Below the pieces are notes generated by a model that was given only the letters and a program-made list of their open reading frames with translations, was not told the origin of the DNA and searched no databases. DNA of 64,000 nt from Felis catus. Lineage: Eukaryota. Below, piece by piece: positions 50,426 through 62,026 of the stretch. The DNA is taken from the NCBI RefSeq assembly GCF_018350175.1, contig NC_058368.1:214398001-214462000 (forward strand). The letters run 5' to 3'. The number at the start of each line of letters is the position of its first letter. Position 1 is the stretch's first letter. Made by a program: the position numbers and the translations under genes.

Positions 50426-52139
50426 CTTTCCGTTTCATTTTTTATAGCAACCCTACTTGGAAGGATATACGTGGAAGGTGCATAGATTTAGGGAGATATG
50501 AAAAATTGTCATGGGGAAGAAATTACTGGAGAAATTGCAGTACTGTAATCTGTTGTGTCTAGTCTGGAAACAAAATCAATGGAAACGTGAACTAATTTGC
50601 ACTGCCCAAGAGCCGTAAGAATAGGACTACCAGGTGCCATTGTTTGTGAGTGGTAAATTTGAACGTTAAAAATGATACAGTTATAGGCGTTTTTCTCAAT
50701 ATCCACATGTTTGTTAAGTAGTATGAGCCACACACTGTTGTTTAGCTGCTGTTAATTAATGAGCGCTTATTAGATGCCTACTGTGTACGAAGCAGTAATT
50801 TAAGTGCTATGTGCGATGGTGTGGGGTGTATAAGGGACCTATAAGACGGATTGTGAAGGACTGAAGAAAAACAACCATATTCCTTCATCAAAGGGTTTCA
50901 GAAAGTCATGGAAACAATTGTTTAGTAACAAAGCAACTAAGTCAACTGCATGGTTTAAAGATCCAAGTACATTGGTATGGGATAGAAGTGGGTATGACTG
51001 TTCTGTTAACTTTTTTAAACTAAGAGACTTGAGTTCTGACTTTAAAAATAAGTTGTATATTTTCAGATGCTCACATTGCCTAAGCACTGAAGACTGAATT
51101 CTGTGTTCAGCTATTTGGCTGTTGTTAGCACTGATGCATGAAGCAGAAAGAAAACAGCTTGATTTCCATAAGTTAGGCAAACTCTAGAGAGCTGGGAATG
51201 GCAGGGAGGCAATTGGTTTGCAAAATAAACTGACCAAACCGGAAGCCAAAATTAAATAGAGTGTATAAGGGCACCCCAGGGATCGCCTTAACAATGTACT
51301 AGTTATGAACTAACTATTGTCGTTATTACCACTGCTAATGAAGAAGCCATAGGAAAAGGCAAGCAAAGCCTCTCCCTGATTACTGTGGGCTTCCGGTTTA
51401 ACTAGCAAAGGCACTCAATGATCCTTTAAAAAATGAATTTTCTCAAATGTCTTTCTGCTATTAGTGAGGATACCATTAGACATGGTTTAGCTTCAGAAAG
51501 TATGAAGACAGTTTGGCTAATGATGGCTGAAACTGCTGGATAAAACAACATTCTTAGACATAGATTTTTTTTTTTTAACCATGTTTTGTGACTTGATAAT
51601 GATTTTTCTTTTTAATATGTTTAAAAAAATGATCCAGGGGGTTATTAAATGCCAATTTTCATTTAGAATATTAGTCTATTTGCTTAGTTAAGTTTTTAAA
51701 AATATTTCTGGTGCTCAAAGTTTGGGCAAAAATATCTTCCCATTGGTGGCTTTTAGGACAATGGAAGTCAATTAATATGCAAAGTGGTGCATATTAAAAG
51801 AAGAATACACCATTATTAACTATACTAACATTTTTTGGCTTTGGGAGCAAATAAAAACTTATGATTAGAATATCTATGAAAATATCTAGAGTATCTATGA
51901 AAGTGATTCTTTATCCAGCCCTCCTCATATTTGATGAAGCAAAAGGTACTTCCTTATTTGATTCAATTCTTATATGTTAATCATTCATTCATCCATGCAT
52001 TTATTCACCTAATTCTCAACAAATATTTACGTCTCTGCCACAGGTCAAACTAGTTGATTAAAAATATAAGGCTAATAAATAACAACAATAATAAGTAACA
52101 TTTCTTAAGCTGGGAACCTTGGACTCCAGGGTATTGATT

Positions 52140-52610
52140 AAAGGCACGATAATAAGTCCCTACATCCTGGGCTGGAATTCTCACTCAGCAGCCTATTGAC
52201 TGTGTGAACTTAGACAAGTTATTCATTCCTCAGTTTGCTTATCTTTAAAAATGGAAATACAGGGGCACCCTGAGTGGCTCAGTTGGTTAAGCATCCAGCT
52301 TTGGCTCAGGTCATGACCTTGTGGTTCGTGGGTTCAAGCCCTGCGCATTGGGCTGTCTGCTCTCAGCACAGAGCCTGCTTTGGATCCTCTGTCTCCTTCT
52401 CTGTCTGTCCCTCCCCTGCTCATGTTCTCTCCTTCTCTCTCAAAATTAAGTGAAAAACATTAAAAAAAAATAAAATGAAAATACAATAACAGCACCAATT
52501 CCATGGATTCATTTTGGGAATTCAATAAGATAACAACTGAAAAAACATTTTGAAATGTGCAAATCTCATGGTAAATGATTCATAAGTATTAACAATTATA
52601 ATTTATTATT
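52140..52610 (+). mobile_element. MIR SINE split by a Can-SINE
   Basis: CTGTGTGAACTTAGACAAGTTA...CCTCAGTTTGCTTATCTTTAAAAATGG; resumes ATAACAGCACC after the SINE. Confidence 0.8.
52262..52471 (+). mobile_element. Can-SINE inserted in MIR
   Basis: GGGGCACCCTGAGTGGCTCAG head; TSD AAAATG(G/A)AAATACA. Confidence 0.95.
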
Positions 52611-52849
52611 TTATTTATTACATGAGCATACTGATGAAACACCTAGAAGGAAACAGATAAACAATATAAAATGAGGTGAATTATAATTGCTTCTTTAGGA
52701 ATTAAAATGCTGAGTTTCTACACTATGATGTCTTTTTTGTTTTAATTTGTGAAATATATCTGTAAGTTCTCACACTTTATTAAAAATAATAATAGATATA
52801 CAATAATAATGGCCATGCAAATAATAATGGGCTCTTATGGATTGTTTAT

Positions 52850-53000
52850 GAATGTAGTATGATTGTCCACATTTTATACATGACAAACTGAGTCACAAAG
52901 AAGTTAAGTAACTCAGCAGATATCAAGCAGCTAATAAGCAAAGGAGCCAGAGTTGAAACCCAGGCAGTGTGACTCTTATCCGGGTTGCTGTGCTGTCTCT
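52850..53000 (-). mobile_element. MIR SINE
   Basis: CATTTTATACATGACAAACTGAGTCACAAAGAAGTTAAGTAACT...TTGAAACCCAGGCAGTGTGACTC. Confidence 0.85.
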
Positions 53001-54983
53001 CAGCAGGGCTACATAGTTTTTCTCCAATTTAAAGATCGCTAAAAAAAATCACATATGAAGTTAGGTTTTGAGAGCAATTTACTCAAGGTAACATAGTCCT
53101 GAAAACAGATAACAGCTCCAATCTTCTATGTAAAACAGCTGTCTCTTTGTATCTGGAATAATTAATTAAAATAGGTCATTCTGATCTATAAAGCTGTAGA
53201 AGATCTGAATTCTGATTGCTTTAGAGATTAATTCTCTAGACTTACTGACATGATCATCAAAGTGCTTATGCTAATATTTCCCAGGTTTGAACTTTGGGAA
53301 ATCAAATGCACCCCCCCCCTTTATTTTCACATTGTAAATTTTAGGCAACCTTCTTGATAAAATGGAATTTAGGTCAAATCTCTCATATTCAGGCAGGTTC
53401 TTTGTATATGGAATAAGGAAGTAAATTAAGAAGGAAAGAGAAAGACCTCAATTTATCTTAATCTTATGTTGTATGAGCCTGTGTTATGCTAGATGAAAAA
53501 TGCATACATATACATAACAAATGGAAATTGCTCCTTGACTAGAATGTCAATTCAGGGTGTTATTGCAAACTGTGAATGTAGCTAAGAGATCCATTCCCCT
53601 CGCCTCCACCCCAGAATAATGAAACAAGTACATATTTTCCTCTTTTCTTTTTTATTCTTTCCTTTTCTTCTCCTCTCTTCTCTCTTTTTTCCCCTTCTCT
53701 CTTGGTAAAAGATACTCAACCAGAGATCATGCTTGCTTCAGATGAAATAAATACTTTTCCATTTTTAGTAGTTTTCCTTATCAGAATCAAATGAGTTAGG
53801 CAGGAAAAAGCCCTAGTTTTCGCTCACTTAGATGCTATGCCCAGATTCAACATTTTGATTTGACTGAATGAGGAACAATATAATCTACTGAAGAATAATA
53901 TTAACATAAAAACACAATAGAACTTGTCACAAAATGCATGGCAAACATTATAGCTTGTAGTAGAGAGCTTTAATTAACATATTTGTTAAATGCCAATTCT
54001 TCGAATAGACACTATCAACAAAGAAAAGACTTTCCCTAACACAGATAATGCAGATAACTCGCCTTCCTTTAAAAGAGATTTTGACAGTTATACTATTGAG
54101 CTCTGTAATTCTGCTGGGAACCAACTCCCATCCTTCTGCCACCCAGGCTTTCAAAATCAGAACAGAAGAGAAAGTCAGCAGCTTTTACTGCTCTACAATT
54201 TATTCCGAGGCAGGAGTTGTAAATGGATGTATATACAGACTTGGGAATTAGTATACTGAATGTCTCCTCTCAGTTTTTCATATGTCTACCTCTGTCCCTG
54301 TCATTTAATTTGCACTTATTCACCAATCAAGTTTGTTTCCTCGATGCCTCACTTGCATGAATGGGCATCAGAGTAATTATAGCTAAGTAATGTACTTTTA
54401 TGAATGAAGGTGCAGTTTACAGAATTGTGTGTATCACCTCCCCTTCTCTTGTTTAATATTCAGACCTGTCACCTTGCATACAAGCTGTTGGAAAAGGCTC
54501 CAGAAGCCGCAGTTATACCTCTAACAAATCACACCAGATTGTACTGCTCTGGAGGACTTTCTTGGGGTTGAGCAAAAAAGAGTCTTAATAAGAAGCCTGA
54601 GATGCAAAAGCTTGATTCTTTATTTCATGTAAAGAACAAAGGTTTTGGGAACTGACAGGTAAAATGAAGGGAGAAGGTTAAACAGAAAAAAAATATGTTT
54701 TATTTTTGGGGAAGATTCAATTTTTTTCCAAGTATTAGCTATAAGATTCTCTCTTTAGAACACTGATGGTTCAGCTCTTGAACACATAGGAGAAAATTTA
54801 GTAAGAAAATCTTTGTTGACCATGGAGATAGTACCAACACTTTCATGTGACATCAGGTAGGCATTTTTGGAAATGTTGCAGGATACATTCATAATCTACT
54901 TAAGTTGACCAATTAGGAACTGATTGTGACTCCCCACACATTTGCAAGTTTTTCTTCATTAGCTCACTCTCATTCCCTTAAGT

Positions 54984-54997
54984 CAGTCCTCAACAAG

Positions 54998-55042
<45 letters not shown>

Positions 55043-55230
55043 TTCAGGACACATTTGGCAATGTCTGGAGACATTTTAGCTGTCACTACTGGGCAGGGGC
55101 TGATGCTACTGATACGGAGTTTATGAAGGCCAAGGATGCTGCTAAACATTTTGTGTTTTTTAGGACAGCCTTTCACAACAAAATATTATTTGGTCCAAAA
55201 TGTCAACAGGGCCAAGTTTGAGAGAACCAG
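54984..55230 (+). mobile_element. MER20 DNA transposon with an internal T40 run
   Basis: ACATTTGGCAATGTCTGGAGACATTTT...GGATGCTGCTAAACAT...CAAAATGTCAACAGGGCCAAG; T at 55000-55039. Confidence 0.9.
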
Positions 55231-55404
55231 CTTTAAACCTTGTTTGCAAGCATCCTTGCTCCCCCATCCCCCCATTCTACCACTGCTCTTTCTTGAACAC
55301 AATGATCTTTCCTCTTGGCTCTCAAATGAAAGCTGTCAACCATGACCTCCCTTAACTCCTCCCATTCACCCACAAACTCATTTGTACTTAAAGCCCTTCC
55401 ATTT

Positions 55405-55609
55405 TTTTTTTTTAATTTATTTTTGGGACAGAGAGAGACAGAGCATGAGCGGGGGAGGGGCAGAGAGAGAGGGAGACACAGCATCGGAAACAGGCTCCAG
55501 GCTCCGAGCCATCAGCCCAGAGCCTGACGCGGGGCTCGATCTCACGGACCGCGAGATCGTGACCTGGCTGAAGTTGGACGCTTAACCGACTGCGCCACCC
55601 AGGCGCCCC
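55405..55609 (-). mobile_element. Can-SINE, young SINEC_Fc type
   Basis: CpG-rich; perfect 15-bp TSD AAAGCCCTTCCATTT at 55390 and 55610. Confidence 0.97.
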
Positions 55610-55961
55610 AAAGCCCTTCCATTTAAAGCCCTTACTGTCATTCCCCTAATCTTGAAAAAGAGGACCCCTTTTTTGCTTTCTAAGGCTAATCAATTCATTT
55701 GTATTCTAGATTTCATCCCTTCCCATTTCCTCCCAGGCATTTCTTCATTACTTATCTCTTTATCCTTCTCTTTTATCTAAAACCTTTTATTCTCCATGAG
55801 TTCAAGACTCATTAATTAAATATAAATCATTCTTTGACTTTAGCTTTCCTTCACACAGAAGTTTTCCAGAAGAGTATTTTACAACTGCTATTGATGCTTC
55901 CTCAAATGTGTATCCCATTAGTCCACTGCATTCTTTTTCAGCATCTAGTCCTACTTTCACT

Positions 55962-56330
55962 ATGTATATCAGTTAGTTATTGCTGTGTAACAAAGCCACC
56001 CCAGAATTCAGTGGCTTAAAATCATAAGCATTTATTATTGTTCACAAATCTATAGAACATCTGGATGATTCTTCCAGTCTTAGCTGGGCTCCTGAATGTA
56101 ATTAGTCAGTTACATGTCTGGTACACAGGATTTCAAGAGAATGAGTGGAAGTGAAGGCCTTTTCAGGCCTATGGCTGGGATGGATGCAGTTCTGCTTCTA
56201 GTGCAAGTCACAAGGCCAGCCAAATTCAAGCTGTAAGAAAATAGACTTCCTATCTTCATGGGAGGAGGGGAAAATTGCAGATACAGTAAGGGGTAGGGGA
56301 TCAAAGCCATTTTTTGCAAGCAGTCTCTCA
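55962..56330 (-). mobile_element. MaLR LTR (MLT1F/G-like)
   Basis: TCAGTTAGTTATTGCTGTGTAACAAAGCCACCCCAGAATTCAGTGGCTTAAAA...GCAAGTCACAAGGCCAGCCAAATTCAAG. Confidence 0.8.
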
Positions 56331-56686
56331 ATTGTATTAAAATTACTAATGATCTAATATTCAAAATCAATTCTAATTTCACTCTTTCCTTGATTTTGTG
56401 GCAGCCTTTGACAGCGAATACTCCTTTCTTCTAGAAACTTTACTCTCATGTCTACCATAACACCATTATCTTTACTTGTCCTTCTGACTCTCTGATTGGT
56501 CATTCTTGATGACCAATCCTTGATTATCTTTACCATAAATGGTAACAACTGTTGGTTTCAGGGTTACTATCCTTGGCTCTCTTTTTAGTCTACAAAAACT
56601 TACTTGGCAATCTTATCTCAATTACATTTCTATCTGTTCACCTATATTTGACACCAAAATGTAAATTTCTAGCCTAACAGATTTTC

Positions 56687-56919
56687 TTGTTTTTTTTTTT
56701 TGATGTTTTTAACGTTTATTCATTTTCGAGAGACCAAGAGAGACAGAGCATGAGTGGGGGAGGGGCAGAGGGAGAGAGAGGGAGAGACAGAATCTGAAGC
56801 AGGCTCCAGGCTCTGAGCTGTCAGCACAGAGCCCAACACAAGTCTCAAACCCATGGACCACAAGATCATGACCTGAGCCGAAGTTGGACGCTCAACCAAC
56901 TAAGCCTCTCAGGTGCCCC
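56687..56919 (-). mobile_element. Can-SINE
   Basis: Reverse Can-SINE; degenerate TSD TAGCCTAACAGATTTTC / TAGCAAAACACATTTTC. Confidence 0.95.
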
Positions 56920-57129
56920 TAGCAAAACACATTTTCATTAGACTTATATCTCCCTCTGTTTATTGGAAATCTTCACCTGGAGAATAAATTTATTATTATT
57001 CTTCCAATACCTGGTTCTTCTCAAAGTATCTAGTTTTTTAGCCAGTTAGTTTGGGCTCATCCTTTTCTCTCATCACCTTCAACCCTTTAACCACTATACT
57101 CCATTAAGTGGTTCATTAAATTCTGATTT

Positions 57130-57480
57130 ATTTCATCAACTCAATTAAACAAATATTTACCCAGTGCTTTACTATGTGCTAGCCTCATGGGGCTTCGATT
57201 ATGTACTATACACTATGCTGGCTGATGATAAGTGATATGGAAAGATTTAAATTGGGGAAAGGGGAAGATGGGGAGAGCCAGTAGGTGTCGTCATTGTATT
57301 TAAGGGGGTCAGGAAGATCCATGGAGGAGGTAATACATTATGAAAGACCTGAAGGAGTTGAAAAGTATAACTATCTGGCTAGAACACTGCAAGCAAGGGC
57401 TAGGTCCTGCTGTGGCAGGTTGTGTGGCCATTCCAGAAACAATAAGGTAGCCAGTGTGACTCATATGTGAGGGAGAATAG
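57130..57480 (-). mobile_element. L2 LINE 3' end
   Basis: AACAAATATTTACCCAGTGCTTTACTATGTGCTAG...GAAAGACCTGAAGGAG...AGAAACAATAAGGTAGCCAGTGTGACT. Confidence 0.75.
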
Positions 57481-57499
57481 TACTTATGATCTAATTAAT

Positions 57500-58530
57500 C
57501 TTTCTGTAAAAATAATTTTATTATTTATTGTGTATATTTGTATATTTTCTGTCAGTGTTTAGAATCTTTTATGCCCTTCCCATCAATAAGACAGGAACTT
57601 GGCATACTCTTTTGTCCCTTATTTCCTGCCTAAACTTTTCATATACCTCCCTAATTGATAACTTTGTGATTTTAGTTTCAAATTATTATTGTTCTAAAAT
57701 TACTAATATTACTATATTAGTATATAATGTGTGTATATGTATCTATATATGTATGTATATATATATATTACTATATATAACTCTCCTGCTGCAAAAAAGT
57801 TTTAGTAATTATTTTTGGGGAGTTTTGTTTAAGCTTTTCTTAATAAACTGGCTAGGCATGAGATTCGTTATTTAGAACATTGACAGTATCAATCATTGTT
57901 ATCTTGTAGGTGAGGAATCTAATTAAAGTTACCAGAATAACGAATAAATATGAAGGGCACCCAGTTAATCATTAATTTCAGATAAATGACAAGTACTTTT
58001 TAAGGTATGAGTATATCCAATTCAATATGCAATTTAGGATGTACTTCTACTAGAAAACTATCTGTTGTTTATCTGAAATTTATAGAGTAACTGGGCATTC
58101 CGTATTTTATCTGGCATCCCTCAATCTAATGTAATCTGATTATTCTTTTTCTGTTTCTCTAGAAGGTTTTAATAAATGCACGTCTAGATGCTTTTTAAGA
58201 AATGTATGGTTATTCTTAGAATTCTAAAATGTCACCACGGTGTGTCTGGTTGTGGATGTGTGTATCGGCATTTTCTTCAGGACTCAGGTGTCCCTTTCTA
58301 GCTTAAGTCTTCCATTTGTTTTCATTTCTGGGATTTTTGTTTGTTTTTTTAATTCTTGTTCTGACAATTTCCTCCCTATACTTCTTCCTAGTTCTTTCTA
58401 GAACTCCTGTTAGACAGATGTGGAACATTCCATCTCTACATTTGCTTGCAATGATTTCTGGAAGAATTTATTTGGCTTAATATCTTTGTACATTAATTCG
58501 ATCTTTGTGTGTATTCTGCTATTTCCTTGA
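57500..58530 (-). mobile_element. Ancient L1 (L1ME/L1M5-like) internal fragment carrying a MER53 insertion
   Basis: T-rich decayed L1 antisense pattern (TTCTTTCTAGAACTCCTGTTAGACAGATGTGGAAC). Confidence 0.5.
57924..58122. mobile_element. MER53 palindromic hAT MITE with perfect 8-bp TSD
   Basis: CCCAGTTA...AATTTCAGATAAA pairs with TTTATCTGAAATT...TAACTGGG; ends TATCTGGCATCCCT; AATCTAAT at 57916-57923 and 58123-58130. Confidence 0.92.
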
Positions 58531-58744
58531 TCATTACAAGCTTGGTTTCTGGGAATGGGGCTTCCCTGTAAGTCTTGGAGTGAATAACCCTCATATCATG
58601 ACCTCTTTGATCTTAGCACCTTTTTTCCTTCATTAGCTTTTTTTGCAGCTTCTTAGTGGCTTACTGTGCAAACTGATTGCCTGCAGACAAACTCTAGCTC
58701 TACTTCTTATACTCACTGACTCTTAGTGGAGCTTAGTAGTCCCA

Positions 58745-59136
58745 TTTTATGGACTGAATTGTGCTTCCCCAAGTTTATATGTTGAAGTTCTGAACCCCAG
58801 TACCTTACAATATAACTATATTTGAAGATAGGACCTTTCAGAGGGGCAGTTAAGGTTAAATGAGGGTGTAAGTGTGTGCTCTAATCCAATATGAGTATTA
58901 TCCTTACATGGACTGCAAGAAGCACCAGGAACATACACTCAGAGAAAAGGTCATGGTAGGACACAGAGAGAAGGCAACCATCTGTAAGCTAAGGAAAGAA
59001 ATCTCAAGAGAACCAAACCTGCTGATACCTTGGTCTTGATCTTTCCATACTCCATAACTGTGAGAACATAAATTTCTGTTGTTTAAGCCACTCAGCCTGT
59101 GGTGTTATGTTGTGGGAGTCCTAGCAAACTAATATA
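58745..59136 (+). mobile_element. MaLR solo LTR (MLT1A/B-like)
   Basis: TATGGACTGAATTGTG...TATATGTTGAAGT...ATAAATTTCTGTTGTTTAAGCCAC...CCTAGCAAACTAATATA. Confidence 0.9.
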
Positions 59137-59599
59137 TCTGTCTTCAAAGAATGATCTCTTGATGCTTTTCTTCTTTCTCTGTTCTTATATTTCTGATCTA
59201 CTAGAACCACTTGGTTTTGTTTTTTTGTTTTTATTTTTCTTATGGGTTTATTTATCTAAAATAACATTTTTTGGTAATTTTATGGGATTTTAGGCAAGAA
59301 GGGGACATGGAGAAATGTCCCTGATTCTCAGTGACTCAGTTGACTCTATATAAACTTATTTTTCAAAAAAAAAAAAAAGTAGTATTAGATAAGTCCTCAT
59401 AAAACCCTTTGATAAGATCCATTATATCGGCAAAAAAAAGAGGTACACTTTCTTCTGCATCCATTTTCCATGACTTCATCTATTTCTTCTGTCCTTATTG
59501 GTAATCTTTCTCTTCTCCCGATAAACTACTTACAACCTATGCTCCTAGCACGTCAGGCTCTTTGAAGTTCCATTTTGTATGACACAGTATTTCATTTTT

Positions 59600-59950
59600 A
59601 CTGATGTGTCTCTCCCTACTTTTGCCAACATGTTGAAGCCTTATCATCATGCAAGATGCTGACCACCTATGTCCTATTGTTAGAATGCTTTTCTCTTGCC
59701 ATCTTGCTCTGAAATGCTGAGACTCATTCTTTGGTACCACCAGTGTGCATTTCTATACGTCCTTTACAATATTTATGACAAGTTATTAAATTATTTCTCT
59801 ATATTTGTACTATTAAAGAGTAAATTACTTGAGGAGGAAGCTGATTATCTTTGCACCCCATTGACTTAGATATGACTAATACTCAAAAGAATAATTGCTT
59901 AATACATGGATTGAAAATGAGTAAATGAAAAAAAAATGAGTAAATGAGAG
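59600..59950 (+). mobile_element. L2 LINE 3' tail
   Basis: GTAAATTACTTGAGG...TTATCTTTGCACCCC...AATACTCAAAAGAATAATTG...ATGAGTAAATGA. Confidence 0.5.
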
Positions 59951-60199
59951 TATAAGAAAAGACCATGAACCTTTGAGTCATTTTTCAATTTTTAAACCAT
60001 TTTAGGAACCATGAACCAATCTTTTATTATTTCTTTTAAACTTAGCATTTTCATTTGATTCCATTTAATTCCATACCATTGATTACTGTAGTGTCTTTTA
60101 AATAAAAATTGGCAGGGAGAAACTTTGAATCACTTAAGCCCTTTGTATTCATTAAAAACATAAGTAAAAAATACTTAAAACAATTAATATGTAGGTCAG

Positions 60200-60950
60200 T
60201 GTTTCTTGTTCCTAATTTATAATACTATAGGTAATTGCCTTGAGACAGCCAACAGGAGAGAAAAGAATCCCATTTACCACTTGCTCAGGTCTGTATAATC
60301 CAGAACACTTATCCTGAAAAGGGCACATATTCAAAGAGGAGAAACAATTATCTGCAAGTGAAACAGGTAATGAAGTTTTCTATGTGCTATAATTTTAATT
60401 TAAAGAGCATGTTTGAAAGGCTAAGAGACCCAGACAGGCAGATATTTCCTTCTTCACAGTTATAAAATCTGTCACATCTTAGAAATACTTCCCCATTGAG
60501 TGGCAATCACAATTTTTATTCTAAAGGTTCCACATGCGTGGCATATTATGTAATGGACAGCACTTCAGAATAATCTAATGAAAAGAGAACTCTTTTCCAT
60601 GCTAATAAACTTCAGATTCTGCTTGTTTCAAGAAAATGAATTCAGGCTTTGAACTGCTGAGGTCCACATAAATTCAGGTTATCCATACAGCCGTGCGGAA
60701 AATCTCCAAGATGAGTTCTTTATTAATAGCAAGAATGAGTGAGTCAGTCAGCTCATTTAATGATCTGGCCCATAATTTGAATCCATTGAAAGTTGCCTGT
60801 TAGCACCTCTGGGAGCTGGGATCAAGCGTGACCTTGGCTTGTGATAGCCTGAATTAAATCCTTGTATGATAGTTTCCGCACCAGCTTTGTTTTTATCATT
60901 TGGCATGCAAGCAGACTCCTTGAACATCCTTACCATTATTACAAACATGA
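60200..60950. promoter_or_regulatory. Candidate conserved non-coding element
   Basis: Repeat-free; TGAGTCA at 60740, several TAAT cores, retained CpGs. Confidence 0.3.
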
Positions 60951-61541
60951 AAATTATAAGGAAGTGGGAGGAGGGTTATGCTAACATGTAAAATTTATTT
61001 TGATAGAAAAGAATAGGCAATTCTCCTCCTCTATGAAATTACTTGTAGAGGTCTGTTAAAAGTGATAAAGTTCACTCAGGCAGTTTTGTTAGGTCTCTGC
61101 AAAACATTCTGTATACATGTCTATTTATTAGAATTCCCTATTTTTAATATATGTGTGATATGGTTCAAAAAGGGAGAAAAAATTCACTCTACCTATGAGT
61201 GACCTAGGTTTTCATCTCTCTTGGTAATTTGAACTTGTGAAAATTTAAGGTTTAAAGTCTTTACCACATTTTGGTAATCATAGTTTAGAATTTGGGTCTG
61301 TCTGAACTTTGTGATAACTTTGTTTCATGATGTGTTTATCTGCAGCATCCTGTTATTATACTTGAATGCAAAATTAATTTGTAGTTTTTGTACGATTTTT
61401 AGGTATTGTGATATTTCTGCCTCTTTCTCCCTGCCTCTACCTCACCATTTTACTATAAGGAAATGGTATAATTCCCTAAAAATACAAAACTTCTTTATAG
61501 GAAATTAGTGACATTAAGGATCCTAGCTTTAAAATGGAAAG

Positions 61542-62026
61542 CGTATGAATTTCCTAGGGCTGTTTTAACAAAATGCCAACAACCGGGAGTTAGAACAAGA
61601 GATGCTTATTGTCCAGTAGTTCTGGAGACTAGAAGTCTGAAACTGAGGTGTTAGAGCTATACCTCCTCTGAAACCTGTAGGAGAATCCTTCCTTGCCTCT
61701 TGCCATCTTCTGATGCTGTGTTGCCAATCTTTGACATCCCATGACCGGTCAGTGTATCCCTCCAATCCCCTGTCTTCACATGGTGTTCTCTGTATGCCCC
61801 TTCATATAGGCGTCTCTCATGTGCATGTCTGCTTCTGTGCCCCAATTTCCCCTTTTTATGAGGTCCCAGTCATATTGGATTTGGCTCACTCTACTCACTT
61901 CATTTTAACTTGATTATCTTTGTAATGACCCTATTTCCAAATAAGGTAACATTCTGAGGCAATAGGGTTTGGGAACTCAACATATCTTTTTTTGTGGGGG
62001 ATGGGGACACAATTCAACCCATAATA
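61542..62026 (-). mobile_element. MaLR solo LTR (MLT1C-like) with perfect 5-bp TSD
   Basis: GTATGAATTTCCTAGGGCTG...GTTCTGGAGACTAGAAGTCTGAAA...ACCCTATTTCCAAATAAGGT...GGGGACACAATTCAACCCATAATA; GAAAG at 61537-61541 and 62027-62031. Confidence 0.93.

Larger units (their letters stand above)
55630..57125 (+). mobile_element. Fragmented L2 LINE (ORF2/RT region to 3' part) interrupted by an MLT1 LTR and a Can-SINE
   Basis: TCTAAGGCTAATCAATTCATTTGTATTCTAGATTTCATCCCTTCCC; GCAGCCTTTGACAGC...CCTTTCTTCTAGAAACT resembles the L2 RT 'AAFD...LLETL' region. Confidence 0.65.

Noticed and set aside
21504..55585. Recurrent ORFs of the 'WVAQSVKRLTSAQVMIS' and 'RERETQNPKQAPGSEL' type
   Set aside because: Translations of Can-SINE strands, not genes; the SINE heads are tRNA-derived but are not tRNA genes.
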